From: Dehalococcoidia bacterium
Lineage (GTDB): Bacteria > Chloroflexota > Dehalococcoidia > Lucifugimonadales > CBDBON01
Assembly (NCBI GenBank): GCA_965198105.1
Contig: OZ240240.1
Coordinates: forward strand, 2,803,103-2,867,102
Direction: 5' to 3'
DNA length: 64,000 nucleotides
Positions 19,103 to 29,355 of this stretch are shown here, in pieces. The notes below the pieces were generated by a model. That model was not told the DNA's origin, did no database searches, and saw nothing but the letters and a program-made list of their open reading frames with translations. Position numbers and translations under genes: made by a program. Position 1 is the first letter of the stretch, and each line of letters starts with the position of its first letter.

Positions 19103-19216
19103 ATGTCCAGCCATGTTCCGAGCACGTCCGGCTATGCTCCAGCGCCCAACGGCATCCAGGACTCGCTGGAGCGCGACTGGTGGCGCGTCGACTTCAGGCC
19201 ATCCGGGAGGACCTAG
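19103..19216 (+). CDS. 37-aa small peptide B (MSSHVPSTSGYAPAPNGIQDSLERDWWRVDFRPSGRT)
   Basis: AGGAG at 19091-19095; 18/37 identical to peptide A, with six synonymous codon changes. Confidence 0.7.
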   Translation: MSSHVPSTSGYAPAPNGIQDSLERDWWRVDFRPSGRT

Positions 19217-19244
19217 CGATCTGGATTCACAGCGTGAGTCATCG

Positions 19245-19271
19245 AGACCTCCCTGACCCGGAGGTCTTTTT
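19245..19271 (+). terminator. Intrinsic terminator/attenuator after peptide B
   Basis: AGACCTCC-CTGACCC-GGAGGTCT perfect 8-bp stem plus T run. Confidence 0.75.
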
Positions 19272-19298
19272 GGTTGGTCAAGAAAGAGCCCGCATGAC

Positions 19299-20129
19299 AT
19301 GAACCCACCGAATCGTCTGCTCAGGACCGGGGCCACAGCCGCCGGGAGATTCCTTACGGTCGGACGTCCGATGGCCGGCGCCGTTCGGGCGCAGTTCAGC
19401 ATGTGCCGGCGGGACGTTGAGGACCTCCTGCCCGTCATCACCCAGCCGGTCTACTCCCTCATCCTCATGGCTGTCTTCGTATACGTCGGGCGTGAAGACC
19501 TGGCAGCCTACTCACTGGTCGCTCCTCTGCTCATGAGCGTCGGTGTGATGGCCGTCTTTGTCGCAAGCGAACTGATGACCCGTGAGCAGGACTCTCAGAC
19601 GCTGGAACTGACCGTGGCCTGTCCAACGCCGTTTCCGCTGGTCCTATTTTCACGGATTCTGGTCGTCACGTTCTTTTCGCTGATTGGGATCGCTGAGAGC
19701 TGGCTGATAGTCCGGTTGGTGTTCGGAGTGGGTGTGGCGATACACTATCCTTGGCTGTTCGTGGGAACGATGCTGCTGACCGCGCTCGCGTCGGCGGGCA
19801 CCGCCCTGATCACCGCGGCCCTTTTCTGCTTTGCGGAAGCGGCGCGGACTTTTCAGAACTCGATCACCTATCCGGTCCTTCTGTTGTCGGGCGCCCTAGT
19901 GCCAATCGCGGTGTTCCCAGACTGGCTGGAACCGCTGAGCCGCTTCGTCTTCCTCTACTGGTCGGCGAACCTGATCAGGGACTCCATGCAGCCGACGGCG
20001 ACCGAGGGAGTCCTGATTGGGCTGGGAGCGATCTCGGTCCTGGGCGTGGCTGCGGGACTGTTGGGAGGAGCGCTGACGGTCAGGATGCTCACCTACCTCA
20101 GACGGGAGGGGAGGCTCGGGGTTATATGA
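19299..20129 (+). CDS. ABC-2 type permease 1 (module B)
   Basis: Paralog of 2696-3526, same length. Confidence 0.85.
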   Translation: MNPPNRLLRTGATAAGRFLTVGRPMAGAVRAQFSMCRRDVEDLLPVITQPVYSLILMAVFVYVGREDLAAYSLVAPLLMSVGVMAVFVASELMTREQDSQTLELTVACPTPFPLVLFSRILVVTFFSLIGIAESWLIVRLVFGVGVAIHYPWLFVGTMLLTALASAGTALITAALFCFAEAARTFQNSITYPVLLLSGALVPIAVFPDWLEPLSRFVFLYWSANLIRDSMQPTATEGVLIGLGAISVLGVAAGLLGGALTVRMLTYLRREGRLGVI

Positions 20130-20914
20130 ACTCTCTCCGTCTTTTCAGCTACGGCCTGTTCGTAGGAACGAGGGACTTTGCAGGGGTTTGGAGCTGGAAG
20201 ACCTGGTTCGGTGGCTGGATGCTTCAGATGCTTGCCCAGGCGGTCTTCTTCTCCCTCTTCGCCAGACTGTTCGACTCACCTGAACAGGAGCGGTTCATGC
20301 TGATCGGCAATGCCGTCGCCGTAGGCGCGATAGCCGTAGCTTGGACGATCCCGTCCACCACGTGGGACCGACGAACCGGCACCTATCCGCTTCTCGTGAT
20401 CGCACCGTCCAGCATGCTGCCCGCGGTCATGGGCCGGACCTCCGTATGGTTGGCCTCCGGCGTGGCGACGACGCTCCTGACCTTCCTCGTCCTTGGAGTC
20501 CTGTTCGATCTCGCGCTGCCGTGGCCGGACACGCTGCTCATCGTTCCCCTGGTGGCCCTCACCTGCGCGAGCACATACTGCCTGTCGCTCTTCCTGGGCT
20601 CGCTCGTGATACGTCAGCCTCGCATCCGCAACCTGTTCCTCAACTTCCTGATCATAGTCGCGAGAGCCTTCTGCGGGGTCAGCGTCCCCGTCGCCTTCTG
20701 GCCCGACGCCGTACAGATCCTCGTCCAGTTCATGCCGATAACCCACGGCCTCCAAGCGATCCGGCTGGTGCTCGACGAGGCGTCCGTCGGTCCGATTCTC
20801 CAGACGGCCGGGCTCGAAGCTGCGGTGGGGCTGGGCTGGGTCGTTCTCGCCGCTTTGGTGATGGACCGGATGGCGAACGCCGGTCGCGCGGACGGCTCGA
20901 TAGAGTTCGTATGA
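20126..20914 (+). CDS. ABC-2 type permease 2 (module B)
   Basis: Paralog of 3523-4314; ATG at 20126 overlaps the upstream stop. Confidence 0.85.
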   Translation: MNSLRLFSYGLFVGTRDFAGVWSWKTWFGGWMLQMLAQAVFFSLFARLFDSPEQERFMLIGNAVAVGAIAVAWTIPSTTWDRRTGTYPLLVIAPSSMLPAVMGRTSVWLASGVATTLLTFLVLGVLFDLALPWPDTLLIVPLVALTCASTYCLSLFLGSLVIRQPRIRNLFLNFLIIVARAFCGVSVPVAFWPDAVQILVQFMPITHGLQAIRLVLDEASVGPILQTAGLEAAVGLGWVVLAALVMDRMANAGRADGSIEFV

Positions 20915-20939
20915 GCCGTAGAGCACGGAGAAGAGTACC

Positions 20940-21902
20940 GTGAACGCAATAAGGACCGTGGAGCTGCGCAGAATGTACAAGACCCGGGACGCCAACCCCG
21001 ACGTGGTCGCTCTCGACGGCGTCTCGATGGATATCGACGAGGGCGAGATACACGGCCTCCTGGGGCCGAACGGCGCCGGAAAGACCACGCTCGTGAAGGT
21101 GCTGTCCACCGTGCTCCTCCCGACGAGCGGGTCGGCCTCGGTGCTCGGACACGATGTCGTCCGGGAGACGAAGGCGGTCCGCCGGATCATCGGCGTCGTC
21201 CTGGGAGGAGACCGTGGGCTGTACTGGAGGCTGACCGGCCGCCAGAACCTGGAGTACTGGGCGGCGCTCTACAACGTCCCGGCCTCCACGGCCAGGCGAC
21301 GGGTGTCGGATCTGCTGGAAAGTGTGGGACTCTCCGACCGGGCCGACCACCTGGTCGAGGGCTACTCGCGGGGAATGAAGCAGCGCCTCCACCTGGCCAG
21401 GGGTCTGGTCGCGGACCCGCGTGTGATCTTTCTGGACGAGCCGACCGCCGGGATGGACCCGATAGCGTCACGGGAGTTCCGCCGACTGGTCGAGACTCTG
21501 CGGTCGGAGGGCCGGACGGTCCTTCTGACGACGCACGACATGGCGGAGGCCGAGGCGGTGTGCGATCGAGTCACGCTCATCGACCGCGGGAGGGTGCTTG
21601 CGGTCGAGACACCCCGGTCGCTGGGCGGACTGGTCGCCCGGTACGAGCGGATCGACTTCGAGGGAGGGCCCGACGGGCTGAGCGTGGTCCCCGGCGTAGC
21701 CTCGGTCGGACAGCTACCCGACGGCGGTTTCCGCGTGGAGCTCGACAGCGATGCTGCGACGCAGCGCGTGCTGAAGCTCCTCGTGGACGCCGGTGTCACA
21801 TCCATCACCACGTCTCGGCCGAGCCTGGAGGAGGTCTACATCCGCGTGATCGGAGACCGGGACTCCTCGTCCCCGGCGGATAGGGCCGTGGCCATCGACT
21901 GA
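20940..21902 (+). CDS. ABC transporter ATP-binding protein (module B)
   Basis: Walker A/B and signature motifs; paralog of 4341-5315. Confidence 0.95.
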   Translation: MNAIRTVELRRMYKTRDANPDVVALDGVSMDIDEGEIHGLLGPNGAGKTTLVKVLSTVLLPTSGSASVLGHDVVRETKAVRRIIGVVLGGDRGLYWRLTGRQNLEYWAALYNVPASTARRRVSDLLESVGLSDRADHLVEGYSRGMKQRLHLARGLVADPRVIFLDEPTAGMDPIASREFRRLVETLRSEGRTVLLTTHDMAEAEAVCDRVTLIDRGRVLAVETPRSLGGLVARYERIDFEGGPDGLSVVPGVASVGQLPDGGFRVELDSDAATQRVLKLLVDAGVTSITTSRPSLEEVYIRVIGDRDSSSPADRAVAID

Positions 21903-21918
21903 GAATAGGTGCTACTCA

Positions 21919-22698
21919 ATGGGGTACGCGTTCGGAGACACTTCGCTTGCCGCCAAGAGGCTCCGGTTACTTGCCGAGACCTTTGCCGAGCCGTCACGGG
22001 TGTTCATGCGCGAGGCCGCCGACAGGCATCTGGGGTTGGCGGCGGATCTCGGTTGCGGACCGGGCTACACAACGCATCTGTTGGCGGATACTCTGTTTCC
22101 TCGCCACACGGTTGGATTGGACAACTCTGAGAGTTTTGTGGGCCTCGCCCGGTCGACGGCGTCGGAGACGGTGTCGTTCCGCCTGCACGACATCAAGACG
22201 GAACCGTTCCCCTCAGCGCCGTACGACCTGCTCTTCAGCCGATTCGTACTGACTCATCTGCCCAGCCCTGAGACGATAGTCGACCTATGGGGCAGGCAAC
22301 TCAACGTGCACGGACTCCTGTTGTTGGAGGAGGTCGAGCATATCGACACCTCCAACTTTGTGTTCGACTCGTACATCAACATCCAGCAGGCAATGCTGGC
22401 GGAACAGGACAACATCCTCTACATAGGGTCCAGACTCGACCAGATCGCTGACTCGGTCTCATTGAAGCGACAGTTCAGCGAAGTGCGAACCGTGACCGTC
22501 CCTGCCGGCATGGCAGCTGTGCTGTTCCTTATGAATCTGGGTGTGTGGAGAGACAACGACTACGTCAGAGGCACCTGTAAACCGGCAGAGTTGGACGAGC
22601 TCGAAAGCGGGCTCGCTGCCATCGCTTCTGGGCATGGCGACACTGGTCCAGTAGAGTGGAGACTTCGCCACATCGTGATGGAACAGGTTTGTCACTAG
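21919..22698 (+). CDS. Class I SAM-dependent methyltransferase (module B)
   Basis: ADLGCGPG; paralog of 5332-6111. Confidence 0.9.
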   Translation: MGYAFGDTSLAAKRLRLLAETFAEPSRVFMREAADRHLGLAADLGCGPGYTTHLLADTLFPRHTVGLDNSESFVGLARSTASETVSFRLHDIKTEPFPSAPYDLLFSRFVLTHLPSPETIVDLWGRQLNVHGLLLLEEVEHIDTSNFVFDSYINIQQAMLAEQDNILYIGSRLDQIADSVSLKRQFSEVRTVTVPAGMAAVLFLMNLGVWRDNDYVRGTCKPAELDELESGLAAIASGHGDTGPVEWRLRHIVMEQVCH

Positions 22699-22764
22699 AT
22701 GCCGGTGATCCTGATTTCCACCGCCTTTTGCAACTTCCTCATAGCTAATCTGCACAGGCGTTAG

Positions 22765-24573
22765 TCATCCAGTGTCGACAGTGTATGACTGGAGGCGGGA
22801 GTAGAGGCCGCCGGACGCGACGAGCTTGTCGTGCGTGCCCTGCTCCACGATACTGCCCTGGTCCATGACGACTATGCGGTCGGCGTTTCGTACCGTCGAC
22901 AGCCGGTGGGCGATGACCAGCGCCGTCCGGTCCTTCAGCAGCTCTGCGAGGGCCTGCTGGATCAGCACCTCGGTGTAGGTGTCTATGTTTGCGGTGGCCT
23001 CGTCGAGGATCAGTATGCGGGGGTCTCCGGCGAGGGCTCGTGCGAAGCTGATCAGCTGACGCTGTCCGACGCTCAGGTTGGCTCCCCGTTCCAGAAGAGG
23101 GGTGTCGTAGCCCATTTCGAGTTCGAGGATGAACTGGTGGGCCCTGACCGCCCTTGCCGCGCGCTCGATCTGCTCGTCGGAGACCTCGGTGCGGTTGTAT
23201 CTGATGTTCTCCCTGACGGTTCCTGAGAATAGGTAAGGCTCCTGGAGGACGACGCCGACCTGTCGAGAGAGTGAGCGGAGCTCGACGTCCCGTATGTCGC
23301 GTCCGTCGAGAGTGATGCGCCCCTGGACGACGTCGTAGTATCTGAGCAGTAGCGAGACGAGTGTGGTCTTGCCGGCCCCAGTGGGCCCGACGATGGCGAT
23401 GGTCTCCCCGGCCTGGACCCGCAGGTCGATGTCGCGCAGGACGGGCGTTCCGGGCGAGTAGTGGAAGCTGACGTTCCCGAACCCCACATCTCCCCGCACG
23501 CGCGACAGCGAGGCGGCGTCGGGCCGGTCGGCGATGTCCGGCGGTATGTCCAGCAGCTCGAAGATGCGGTCTGCGGAGACCATGGCTTGCTGAAGCGTCT
23601 CGAACTGGCGGGTCAGCCGGCGTACCGGGTCGAAGAGACGCTCGATGTAGAGTGCGAAGGCGAGGACCACCCCGACCTCCAACGCGCCGCCCAACACCAT
23701 GTTCCCGCCGACAACGACGACTAGTGCGAGTCCAATCGCAGTGAGCATCTGCACTGACGGGTAGACCCCTATGCCGTAACGCGCCGCCCTGACGTTGGCG
23801 GACAGGACGGCCTGATTGGCATGGTCGAAGCGGCCGATGTTAGTCCGCTGGCGGTTAAGACTCTGGATCACCCGAATGCCCGAGACGTTTTCGTGGACCA
23901 GCGAGTTAACGTCGGCCAGCGTCTGCCGGGCGTGCTGGTAGGGCGCGCGTGAGAGCCTCTGCCACACGTTGAGGACCGGCAACAGGGCGAGGACAACGGC
24001 TAAGGAGACCAGCGCCAGCGGTAGATTGAGCAGAAGCATGGCCACCACCACCCCCGCGACCGCGACCGAGTTGGCGGCGCCTGCGACGAAGACGGTGATC
24101 AGCTCCCTGATCTGCTGGACGTCGTTCTGCACCCGTGACATTATCCTGCCCGCCCGGTTCTGATCGAAGAACCTCACCGAGAGCGACTGGATGTGGTCGA
24201 AGAGCTCCGCGCGCATGGCGTATAGCATCCGCTCGCCCACGGTGACCAGGATGCGCCGGTGCAGATAGCCGACGGCAAACTGTACGATCGCCACGGCCAG
24301 CAACAGCGCCGCCACTCTCGTCAGGCCCGGAAGGTCGCCCGAACCGGACGCTATGTAGCGGTCCACCGCCTCCTTGACAATCAGAGGTATGGCGACGACC
24401 GTACCGCTGTAGATGAGCATGGCGACAGTCGCCGCGGCAGCCTGTCCCCTGTACGGGCCGATGTATCCCAGCAGCCTGAGGAACAGCCGGCGATAGCGAA
24501 GTTCGCGCTGCTCCGAGTCGTTCAGCCTCATCGCGTTGCTGGCATCCTGGTGGGTGCTCTCACGAATGTTCAT
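22765..24573 (-). CDS. MdlB-type ABC exporter (TMD+NBD), subunit 2
   Basis: Six TM segments followed by GPTGAGKTT, LSVGQRQ, ILDEAT, IAHRLST. Confidence 0.95.
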   Translation of the reverse strand: MNIRESTHQDASNAMRLNDSEQRELRYRRLFLRLLGYIGPYRGQAAAATVAMLIYSGTVVAIPLIVKEAVDRYIASGSGDLPGLTRVAALLLAVAIVQFAVGYLHRRILVTVGERMLYAMRAELFDHIQSLSVRFFDQNRAGRIMSRVQNDVQQIRELITVFVAGAANSVAVAGVVVAMLLLNLPLALVSLAVVLALLPVLNVWQRLSRAPYQHARQTLADVNSLVHENVSGIRVIQSLNRQRTNIGRFDHANQAVLSANVRAARYGIGVYPSVQMLTAIGLALVVVVGGNMVLGGALEVGVVLAFALYIERLFDPVRRLTRQFETLQQAMVSADRIFELLDIPPDIADRPDAASLSRVRGDVGFGNVSFHYSPGTPVLRDIDLRVQAGETIAIVGPTGAGKTTLVSLLLRYYDVVQGRITLDGRDIRDVELRSLSRQVGVVLQEPYLFSGTVRENIRYNRTEVSDEQIERAARAVRAHQFILELEMGYDTPLLERGANLSVGQRQLISFARALAGDPRILILDEATANIDTYTEVLIQQALAELLKDRTALVIAHRLSTVRNADRIVVMDQGSIVEQGTHDKLVASGGLYSRLQSYTVDTG

Positions 24574-26393
24574 TGCGGTTCAGCGAATGGCCGGTCGGCG
24601 ATAAGGCGGATATCCTCCTGCGGCTTAAGCTGGAGATCGTGTATACGGCGGTACATGCCGCCGTATGCGAGCAGATCTTCGTGAGTGCCGCGTTCTACGA
24701 TCTCGCCATGGTCGAGGACAAGTATCAGGTCGGCGTTGCGCACGGTGGAGAGCCGGTGGGCGATCACGAACGTGGTCCTGTCTCTCATAACGTCGGCCAG
24801 GGCCCGCTGGATGAGCGCCTCCGTGCCGACATCCACGCTGGAGGTGGAGTCGTCCAGGATGAGAATGGGAGGGTCCATCAGGAGGGTCCTGGCGATGGCG
24901 AGACGTTGACGCTGACCGCCGGAGAGGGTGATGCCCCGCTCGCCGACCCAGGTGTCGTAGCCGTCGGGAAGGGCATCGACGAAGTCGTGCAGCTGCGCGA
25001 TCCTGGCGGCCCGCACCACATCGTCCAGCTGTGCGCCGGAGACGCCGTAGGCTATGTTGTCCCTGATCGTCGCGGAGAACGCGTATGCGTCCTGCTGGAC
25101 GATTCCGACGTTTCTGCGGAGCGACTCGAGGGTGACGTCGCGTACGTCGATGCCGTCGATGGACACACTGCCGTCTGTCACATCGTAGAAACGGGGGAGC
25201 AGATGGACCACGGTGCTCTTGCCGGACCCCGGCCCGCCCAGCAGCGCCACCATCTGCCCCGGCTGCACCTCGAAGTCGACATCGCGCAGCGCCTCGTCCG
25301 ACTCGCGGTAGCTCAGGGAGATGTGATCGAACCTCACGCGCCCCCGCACAACACCAAGGGCACGGGCCGACGGTCTCTCCTTGACCGGCGACTCGAAATC
25401 GAGGACCTCGAAGATGCGGCGACCAGCAGCGAGTGCCCTCGCCACATTCCGGATACGCCATCCTACGAAGAGCACCGCCGGGCCGAGGAGTCCCATGTAC
25501 AGGATGAATGACGTGAGCTCACCCGTAGTCAGACGGGCCGCGAACACCTCTCTGCCACCGAAGTAGAGGATGGCAGCGGTCGCGGCGGTGAACACCAGGG
25601 CAACGACGGCTTGCCAGGAGACCTCCATATGGCCAGCCCTACGGTAGTCGGCGGCCACCGAGAGGGCTCGATCGTTGAATTTGGCCGCCTCGTAGTGCTG
25701 TCCACCGAAAGCCTTGACCGCCCTGGTCCCGGACAGGTTCTCCTCGACGACCGCGTTCATCCTGCCCGTTGCCGTGAGCGCGCTCGCAAAGAGCGGGGAC
25801 ATTGCGGCGGTCATGCGGATGCTTATCCAGACGATGACCGGGGTGAAGGCTAACGCGATCAACCCCAGGCGCCAGTCGATGAGCAGCATGATGGCGGGAG
25901 CAGCTGTGAAGATGACGATACCGCTGAAGGTTCCGATGAACCCGTATGTGGTGTATTCCGCGATAGCCTCAACGTCGGCTGTTGCCCGTGACATGAGGTC
26001 CCCGGTCTGCCGACGGTCGTAGAAGCCTGCGCTGAGGAGTTGCAGCTTACTGAAGTACTCTTTGCGCAGGTCATACGAGACGTAATGACCTATCATCTCT
26101 CCCATGTAGATGGACGAGTAGACTAGGCCCAGACGGACTGCGCCTGTCAAGAGAATCAGTCCGCCGACCAGGAGCAGCTCGATGCGGTCGCCGCCCGTCA
26201 GGGCCTGGTCTATGGCGGTGCCGAGGAGCCGTGGAATAGCGACGTGCGGCAGGCTCGACAGCGCATATGTCAGCGCGGCGATGGCGAATAGCCATTTGCG
26301 CCTCCAGCTGTAGGCCGTCACGCGAAGGACTACTTGCATGGGACTCAACATGCCCGCGGTCGCCTCAGGGTCTTCATCGCGTGGTCGACGCAC
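24570..26393 (-). CDS. MdlB-type ABC exporter (TMD+NBD), subunit 1
   Basis: GGPGSGKST, LSGGQRQR and a degenerate Walker B ILDDST typical of heterodimeric exporters; overlaps the partner gene. Confidence 0.95.
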   Translation of the reverse strand: MRRPRDEDPEATAGMLSPMQVVLRVTAYSWRRKWLFAIAALTYALSSLPHVAIPRLLGTAIDQALTGGDRIELLLVGGLILLTGAVRLGLVYSSIYMGEMIGHYVSYDLRKEYFSKLQLLSAGFYDRRQTGDLMSRATADVEAIAEYTTYGFIGTFSGIVIFTAAPAIMLLIDWRLGLIALAFTPVIVWISIRMTAAMSPLFASALTATGRMNAVVEENLSGTRAVKAFGGQHYEAAKFNDRALSVAADYRRAGHMEVSWQAVVALVFTAATAAILYFGGREVFAARLTTGELTSFILYMGLLGPAVLFVGWRIRNVARALAAGRRIFEVLDFESPVKERPSARALGVVRGRVRFDHISLSYRESDEALRDVDFEVQPGQMVALLGGPGSGKSTVVHLLPRFYDVTDGSVSIDGIDVRDVTLESLRRNVGIVQQDAYAFSATIRDNIAYGVSGAQLDDVVRAARIAQLHDFVDALPDGYDTWVGERGITLSGGQRQRLAIARTLLMDPPILILDDSTSSVDVGTEALIQRALADVMRDRTTFVIAHRLSTVRNADLILVLDHGEIVERGTHEDLLAYGGMYRRIHDLQLKPQEDIRLIADRPFAEPQ

Positions 26394-26472
26394 CTGTGGC
26401 AGCGGAGAGAACTCAGAGACTCTCCGCCGTCTCCAACCAACTTCAGATTGACCGGCATTGGGTCAGACACCA

Positions 26473-27483
26473 TCAGTGCTGCCTTACGACCGTGTCTCGC
26501 CGCCCGATCCCAAGAATGCTGAGGTAGGCCTCCTCCAGGGTGGGGTCTCGTGAGACCCGGCTCTCTATGTTGTCCTCGCCGATCACCTGCACGATCCGGC
26601 TGTCGGAGCCCTGACTGGCGTCTATCTGCACCATCAGGCGCGGCAGACCGCTCTCGAAATCGGTGTCGACCCGCTCGACACCCTCCAGGGCGGACAGCTC
26701 CTCGACCATGCCGGGCCGCATCGCCCTGATCTCGACATCAATCACCCTGTTGCCCCTGAATCCCCTCTTGATCTCGGTCGGTGTCCCCAGGGTCACGAGC
26801 CTCCCATGGTTGATCATCGCGATGGTCCGGCACAGCTGGTCGGCCTCGAACATGTAGTGCGTCGTCAACAGGACGGTGCGTCCGTCCTCCACTAGCCCGG
26901 GGATGAGCTGTCGCAGCTCCTGAGCCCCTATCGGGTCCAGGCCCATCGTCGGCTCGTCCATGAACAGGACGGTCGGATCGGTGAGCAGCCCGCGGGCGAT
27001 GTGGAGCCTCTGCTTCATGCCCCTCGAGTACTCCTCCACCTTCCTGTCGGCGTCCTCGGACAGTCCCACCTGCTCCAGGTGAAACTCGGTGCGGCGCCGG
27101 GCCTCCCGTGGGCTCACGTGGTTGAGCGCCGCGAAGTAGCGCAGGTTCTCCCTGCCGGACAGGCGGCCGTAGAGGCCACGGTCTCCACCGAGGACGAACC
27201 CGATCCGTTTTCGGACCTCCGCCGCCTGCCTGACCACGTCGTACCCCATCACCCGGGCATATCCTGTGGTCGGAGTCAGGAGCGTCGACAGGATGCGGAT
27301 CGTGGTCGTCTTCCCGGCGCCGTTGGGGCCCAGCAGACCGAAGACTACTCCCGTGGGGACCCGGAGCGTCAGGTCGGCCAGGGCCACGGTCTCCCTCTTC
27401 CTCCCCAGCAGACTGCGGGAGGAGTAGACCCTGCCCAGACCGTCGCACTCGATGGCGAACTCGTGGCCGTCGTCCAATGGCAT
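26473..27483 (-). CDS. ABC transporter ATP-binding protein (third trio)
   Basis: GPNGAGKTT, YSRGMKQR, FMDEPT. Confidence 0.95.
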   Translation of the reverse strand: MPLDDGHEFAIECDGLGRVYSSRSLLGRKRETVALADLTLRVPTGVVFGLLGPNGAGKTTTIRILSTLLTPTTGYARVMGYDVVRQAAEVRKRIGFVLGGDRGLYGRLSGRENLRYFAALNHVSPREARRRTEFHLEQVGLSEDADRKVEEYSRGMKQRLHIARGLLTDPTVLFMDEPTMGLDPIGAQELRQLIPGLVEDGRTVLLTTHYMFEADQLCRTIAMINHGRLVTLGTPTEIKRGFRGNRVIDVEIRAMRPGMVEELSALEGVERVDTDFESGLPRLMVQIDASQGSDSRIVQVIGEDNIESRVSRDPTLEEAYLSILGIGRRDTVVRQH

Positions 27484-27524
27484 CTCCCCTCCGCTATCCG
27501 GACTCTCTGCTGGAAGCTCTCGCG

Positions 27525-28301
27525 TCAGAACGTCTCGAAGGCTCCCCGCCGCTTCGCCTCCCTCTCCAACAGCCTGAACGTGAGGTACCCCAGGACCCCA
27601 TAGACCAGTCCCACCGACAGCTCCAACAGAAGGTCGTCGGCGACCGCTGCGAGCCCCGCCCCGTCGAAGGCCGCGCGAAAGGCGACGAGGCCGTTGGTGA
27701 GCGGCAGGATGTGGCCGATGTCAGCGAGAGGGCCGGGGAGTCTCTCGGTCGGGATGATGGCCCCTGTCAGCGCGAGGTACAGGGTATTGACCCCCAACAG
27801 AATGTTGCTGAACTCCCTGGTCACGATGCAGAAGCTACCTACGAACATCACGAAGGTTGTACTGGCCACCGTTATGGCCGCCACCGACGCCACCAGGGTA
27901 GTGTAGTCCAGGTTCGAGAGGTCGAGACCGAAGAGAAGATGACCGAAGATGAGGCATAGGGAGACGGTTATTACCGCGTTTGGCAGATATAGGACGCACT
28001 TGCTCCAGTAGATGGAGAGCCGGCTCCCGCGCGCGGTGAAGAGGACGGAGAGCGTCCCGAAGAACCTCTCGAAGAAGAAGGAGTGGAGAATGCTCTGGAG
28101 GAGGGCGGAGGGAATGGAGTACGCTGCCAGGCCGAGGATGTACCTATCCGCAGACTCGGGGGCGGCGAATCTGCCGACCAGGAAGTACATCGCCAGGACC
28201 AGGACCGGCCTGAGGAGGACTACCGACGCAAAGGCATGCCAGTTGAGATAGGTGTAGAGGCCCTTGTAGCCCAGGTAGGCCTGTATCGCGAAGTTCGTCA
28301 A
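27525..28301 (-). CDS. ABC-2 type permease (third trio)
   Basis: Multi-TM protein, LTGAIIP..RLP motif. Confidence 0.85.
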   Translation of the reverse strand: MTNFAIQAYLGYKGLYTYLNWHAFASVVLLRPVLVLAMYFLVGRFAAPESADRYILGLAAYSIPSALLQSILHSFFFERFFGTLSVLFTARGSRLSIYWSKCVLYLPNAVITVSLCLIFGHLLFGLDLSNLDYTTLVASVAAITVASTTFVMFVGSFCIVTREFSNILLGVNTLYLALTGAIIPTERLPGPLADIGHILPLTNGLVAFRAAFDGAGLAAVADDLLLELSVGLVYGVLGYLTFRLLEREAKRRGAFETF

Positions 28302-28313
28302 GGTGCGCTCGCT

Positions 28314-29186
28314 CTAGAAGACTCCCAGGGAGCCCTCCACTCTGATCCGCCTTTCGACCACTCTGAACATCAGATGGGTCAGCCCCATGAACAGAAGCGT
28401 GAGTGCCAGTGTGGCGGCCCAGTCGCCCGCCATCCTCATGCTCAGAGATCCCGTCTGCATCGAACGCATGACGCTCTCCATAGCCCACGAGGTGGGGATG
28501 AACCTCGCGATAGGCTCGACCGGGTCCGGCAGCAGCCTCACCGGGTAGAGCATCCCGGTGAAGACTATGCCGAACGGGATCAGGGCCTGGTAGAATCCCC
28601 CGCGCCCTTGGAGCAGCACCATCGCCGGGGCGAATATGAACCCGGTGGCGAACAGGGCCAGCGTCACAAACCCGACGGAAACGATCAGCAGCGGAATGCT
28701 GGCGATATCGATCCAGTGCTGGAGGACGCCTAGGACCACGACCATCACGAGCGTCGAGGCGATGAAGCTCAGCACCATTACGGCTGCCGCCTTGCCCAGG
28801 ATGATCAGCATCAGGGGAGTCCTGGAGGTCAGACCCGCCTCCAGGGTCCCCTCGTAGAACTCGTGGGTGAGCGAAGAGCCTATCCTGAAGACCGTCATGG
28901 TCCAGAGCACCCAGAACAGGGAGCCGACCGCAACGTAGTCGAACACCGTCCGGTCGTCGCCCTGACCGGCCATCCACAGGACTATGAATATCTGTGGGAG
29001 GATGCCCAGCAGCCAGTCCAGGTGCTGCTGCGAAGAGAGGCTCACCTTCCACTGCTGGCGGAACGAGCCGGCCAGCGCGTACAGGGTTCCCATGAGGTCT
29101 AGAGGTCCGCCTGTGCGTTCATGGATGTCCTTCGACTGTCCCGTGGTGCGGGTTCTTTCCTGCTCCCGCATCTGCATGGCCTTCAT
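28314..29186 (-). CDS. ABC-2 type permease (third trio; start uncertain)
   Basis: Multi-TM protein, EFYEGTLE and FTGMLYPV..LP motifs. Confidence 0.85.
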   Translation of the reverse strand: MKAMQMREQERTRTTGQSKDIHERTGGPLDLMGTLYALAGSFRQQWKVSLSSQQHLDWLLGILPQIFIVLWMAGQGDDRTVFDYVAVGSLFWVLWTMTVFRIGSSLTHEFYEGTLEAGLTSRTPLMLIILGKAAAVMVLSFIASTLVMVVVLGVLQHWIDIASIPLLIVSVGFVTLALFATGFIFAPAMVLLQGRGGFYQALIPFGIVFTGMLYPVRLLPDPVEPIARFIPTSWAMESVMRSMQTGSLSMRMAGDWAATLALTLLFMGLTHLMFRVVERRIRVEGSLGVF

Positions 29187-29355
29187 TGTTCATCTCATTT
29201 CCAATCCTCGACTAACAAGAAAGGCCTACTGTCGTTCTTGTGGAGAGTAGGCTCAGGACCTGAATCACAGAGCCCCCAGCCACCCTAGATCTACTGCGTT
29301 GTATCTGTTGGGGGGTGAATGGCGTCAGCTCGCTACTCACCACTCTTCGACAGTC

